Source of the DNA: Rhizobium phage RHph_TM29 | Strand: one strand, 5' to 3' | Length of the DNA stretch: 24,000 bases | Sequence record: MN988463.1 | Part shown: positions 23,752 through 24,000 of the stretch, one piece after another | How positions within the stretch are numbered: position 1 is the stretch's first letter | Layout: each line of letters begins with the position of its first letter | Translations under genes and position numbers: made by a program | The notes under the pieces: generated by a model | The model's input: only the letters and a program-made list of their open reading frames with translations | Database searches by the model: none | What the model was told of the DNA's origin: nothing

Positions 23752-24000
23752 TTGACTGAGAAACACCATGCATTACCGGTTCCATGTAAGTCATGTCCAT
23801 ACCGGAAAGATGTGCCTTCCGGGGTGTGGCATGAAAGTGAATATAAAAAGCTGCCAAATTTTGACGGGGATATAGCTACCCAATTTGTAAATGGTGGCAC
23901 AGGGCTTTTCCTATGCCACCAACAGAACAACGCGCTATGCTCCGGGTGGTTGGGGTGCCATGGTGTTGATAACCTGCTAGCCTTACGGCTCCATGGCAAT
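23752..24000 (+). CDS. DUF6283-like protein, truncated by window end
   Basis: TTG start after GAGGAGG; KHHALPVPCKSCPYRKDVPSGVWHESEYKKLPNFDGD...LCHQQNNALCSGWLGCHGVDNLLALRLHGN; not in ORF track. Confidence 0.75.
   Translation, partial: MTEKHHALPVPCKSCPYRKDVPSGVWHESEYKKLPNFDGDIATQFVNGGTGLFLCHQQNNALCSGWLGCHGVDNLLALRLHGN

Overview
Probable genome segment of a tailed phage or prophage of an alphaproteobacterium. The host guess is an inference from a GcrA-like domain and an OmpR/CtrA-type winged helix. Leftward genes (about 1-1971) and rightward genes (about 2650-24000) diverge from a control region. Recognisable rightward functions are an RMF-like micro-ORF, a MoxR-type AAA+ ATPase, a metallopeptidase/VWA-like protein, family A DNA polymerase, HNH nuclease, winged-helix regulator, RecB/Cas4-like nuclease, stand-alone GcrA C-terminal-like domain, VRR-NUC nuclease, SNF2-type helicase and a DUF6283-like ORF running off the right edge. 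Two signals dominate and do not fit ordinary annotation. (1) An 18-bp dyad, GTTACCTNNNNAGGTAAC, is dispersed with 35 recognised perfect or degenerate copies, about one per gene. It occurs inside CDSs in several reading frames and overlays the Shine-Dalgarno of about nine genes. (2) About 17-19 short diverged paralogs share a helix motif '(E)xxARAMLLGxxY', usually followed by a 'DADTMEPL'-like segment. They lie on both arms of the genome, in places as overlapping tandem genes. I found no CRISPR array or convincing tRNA.
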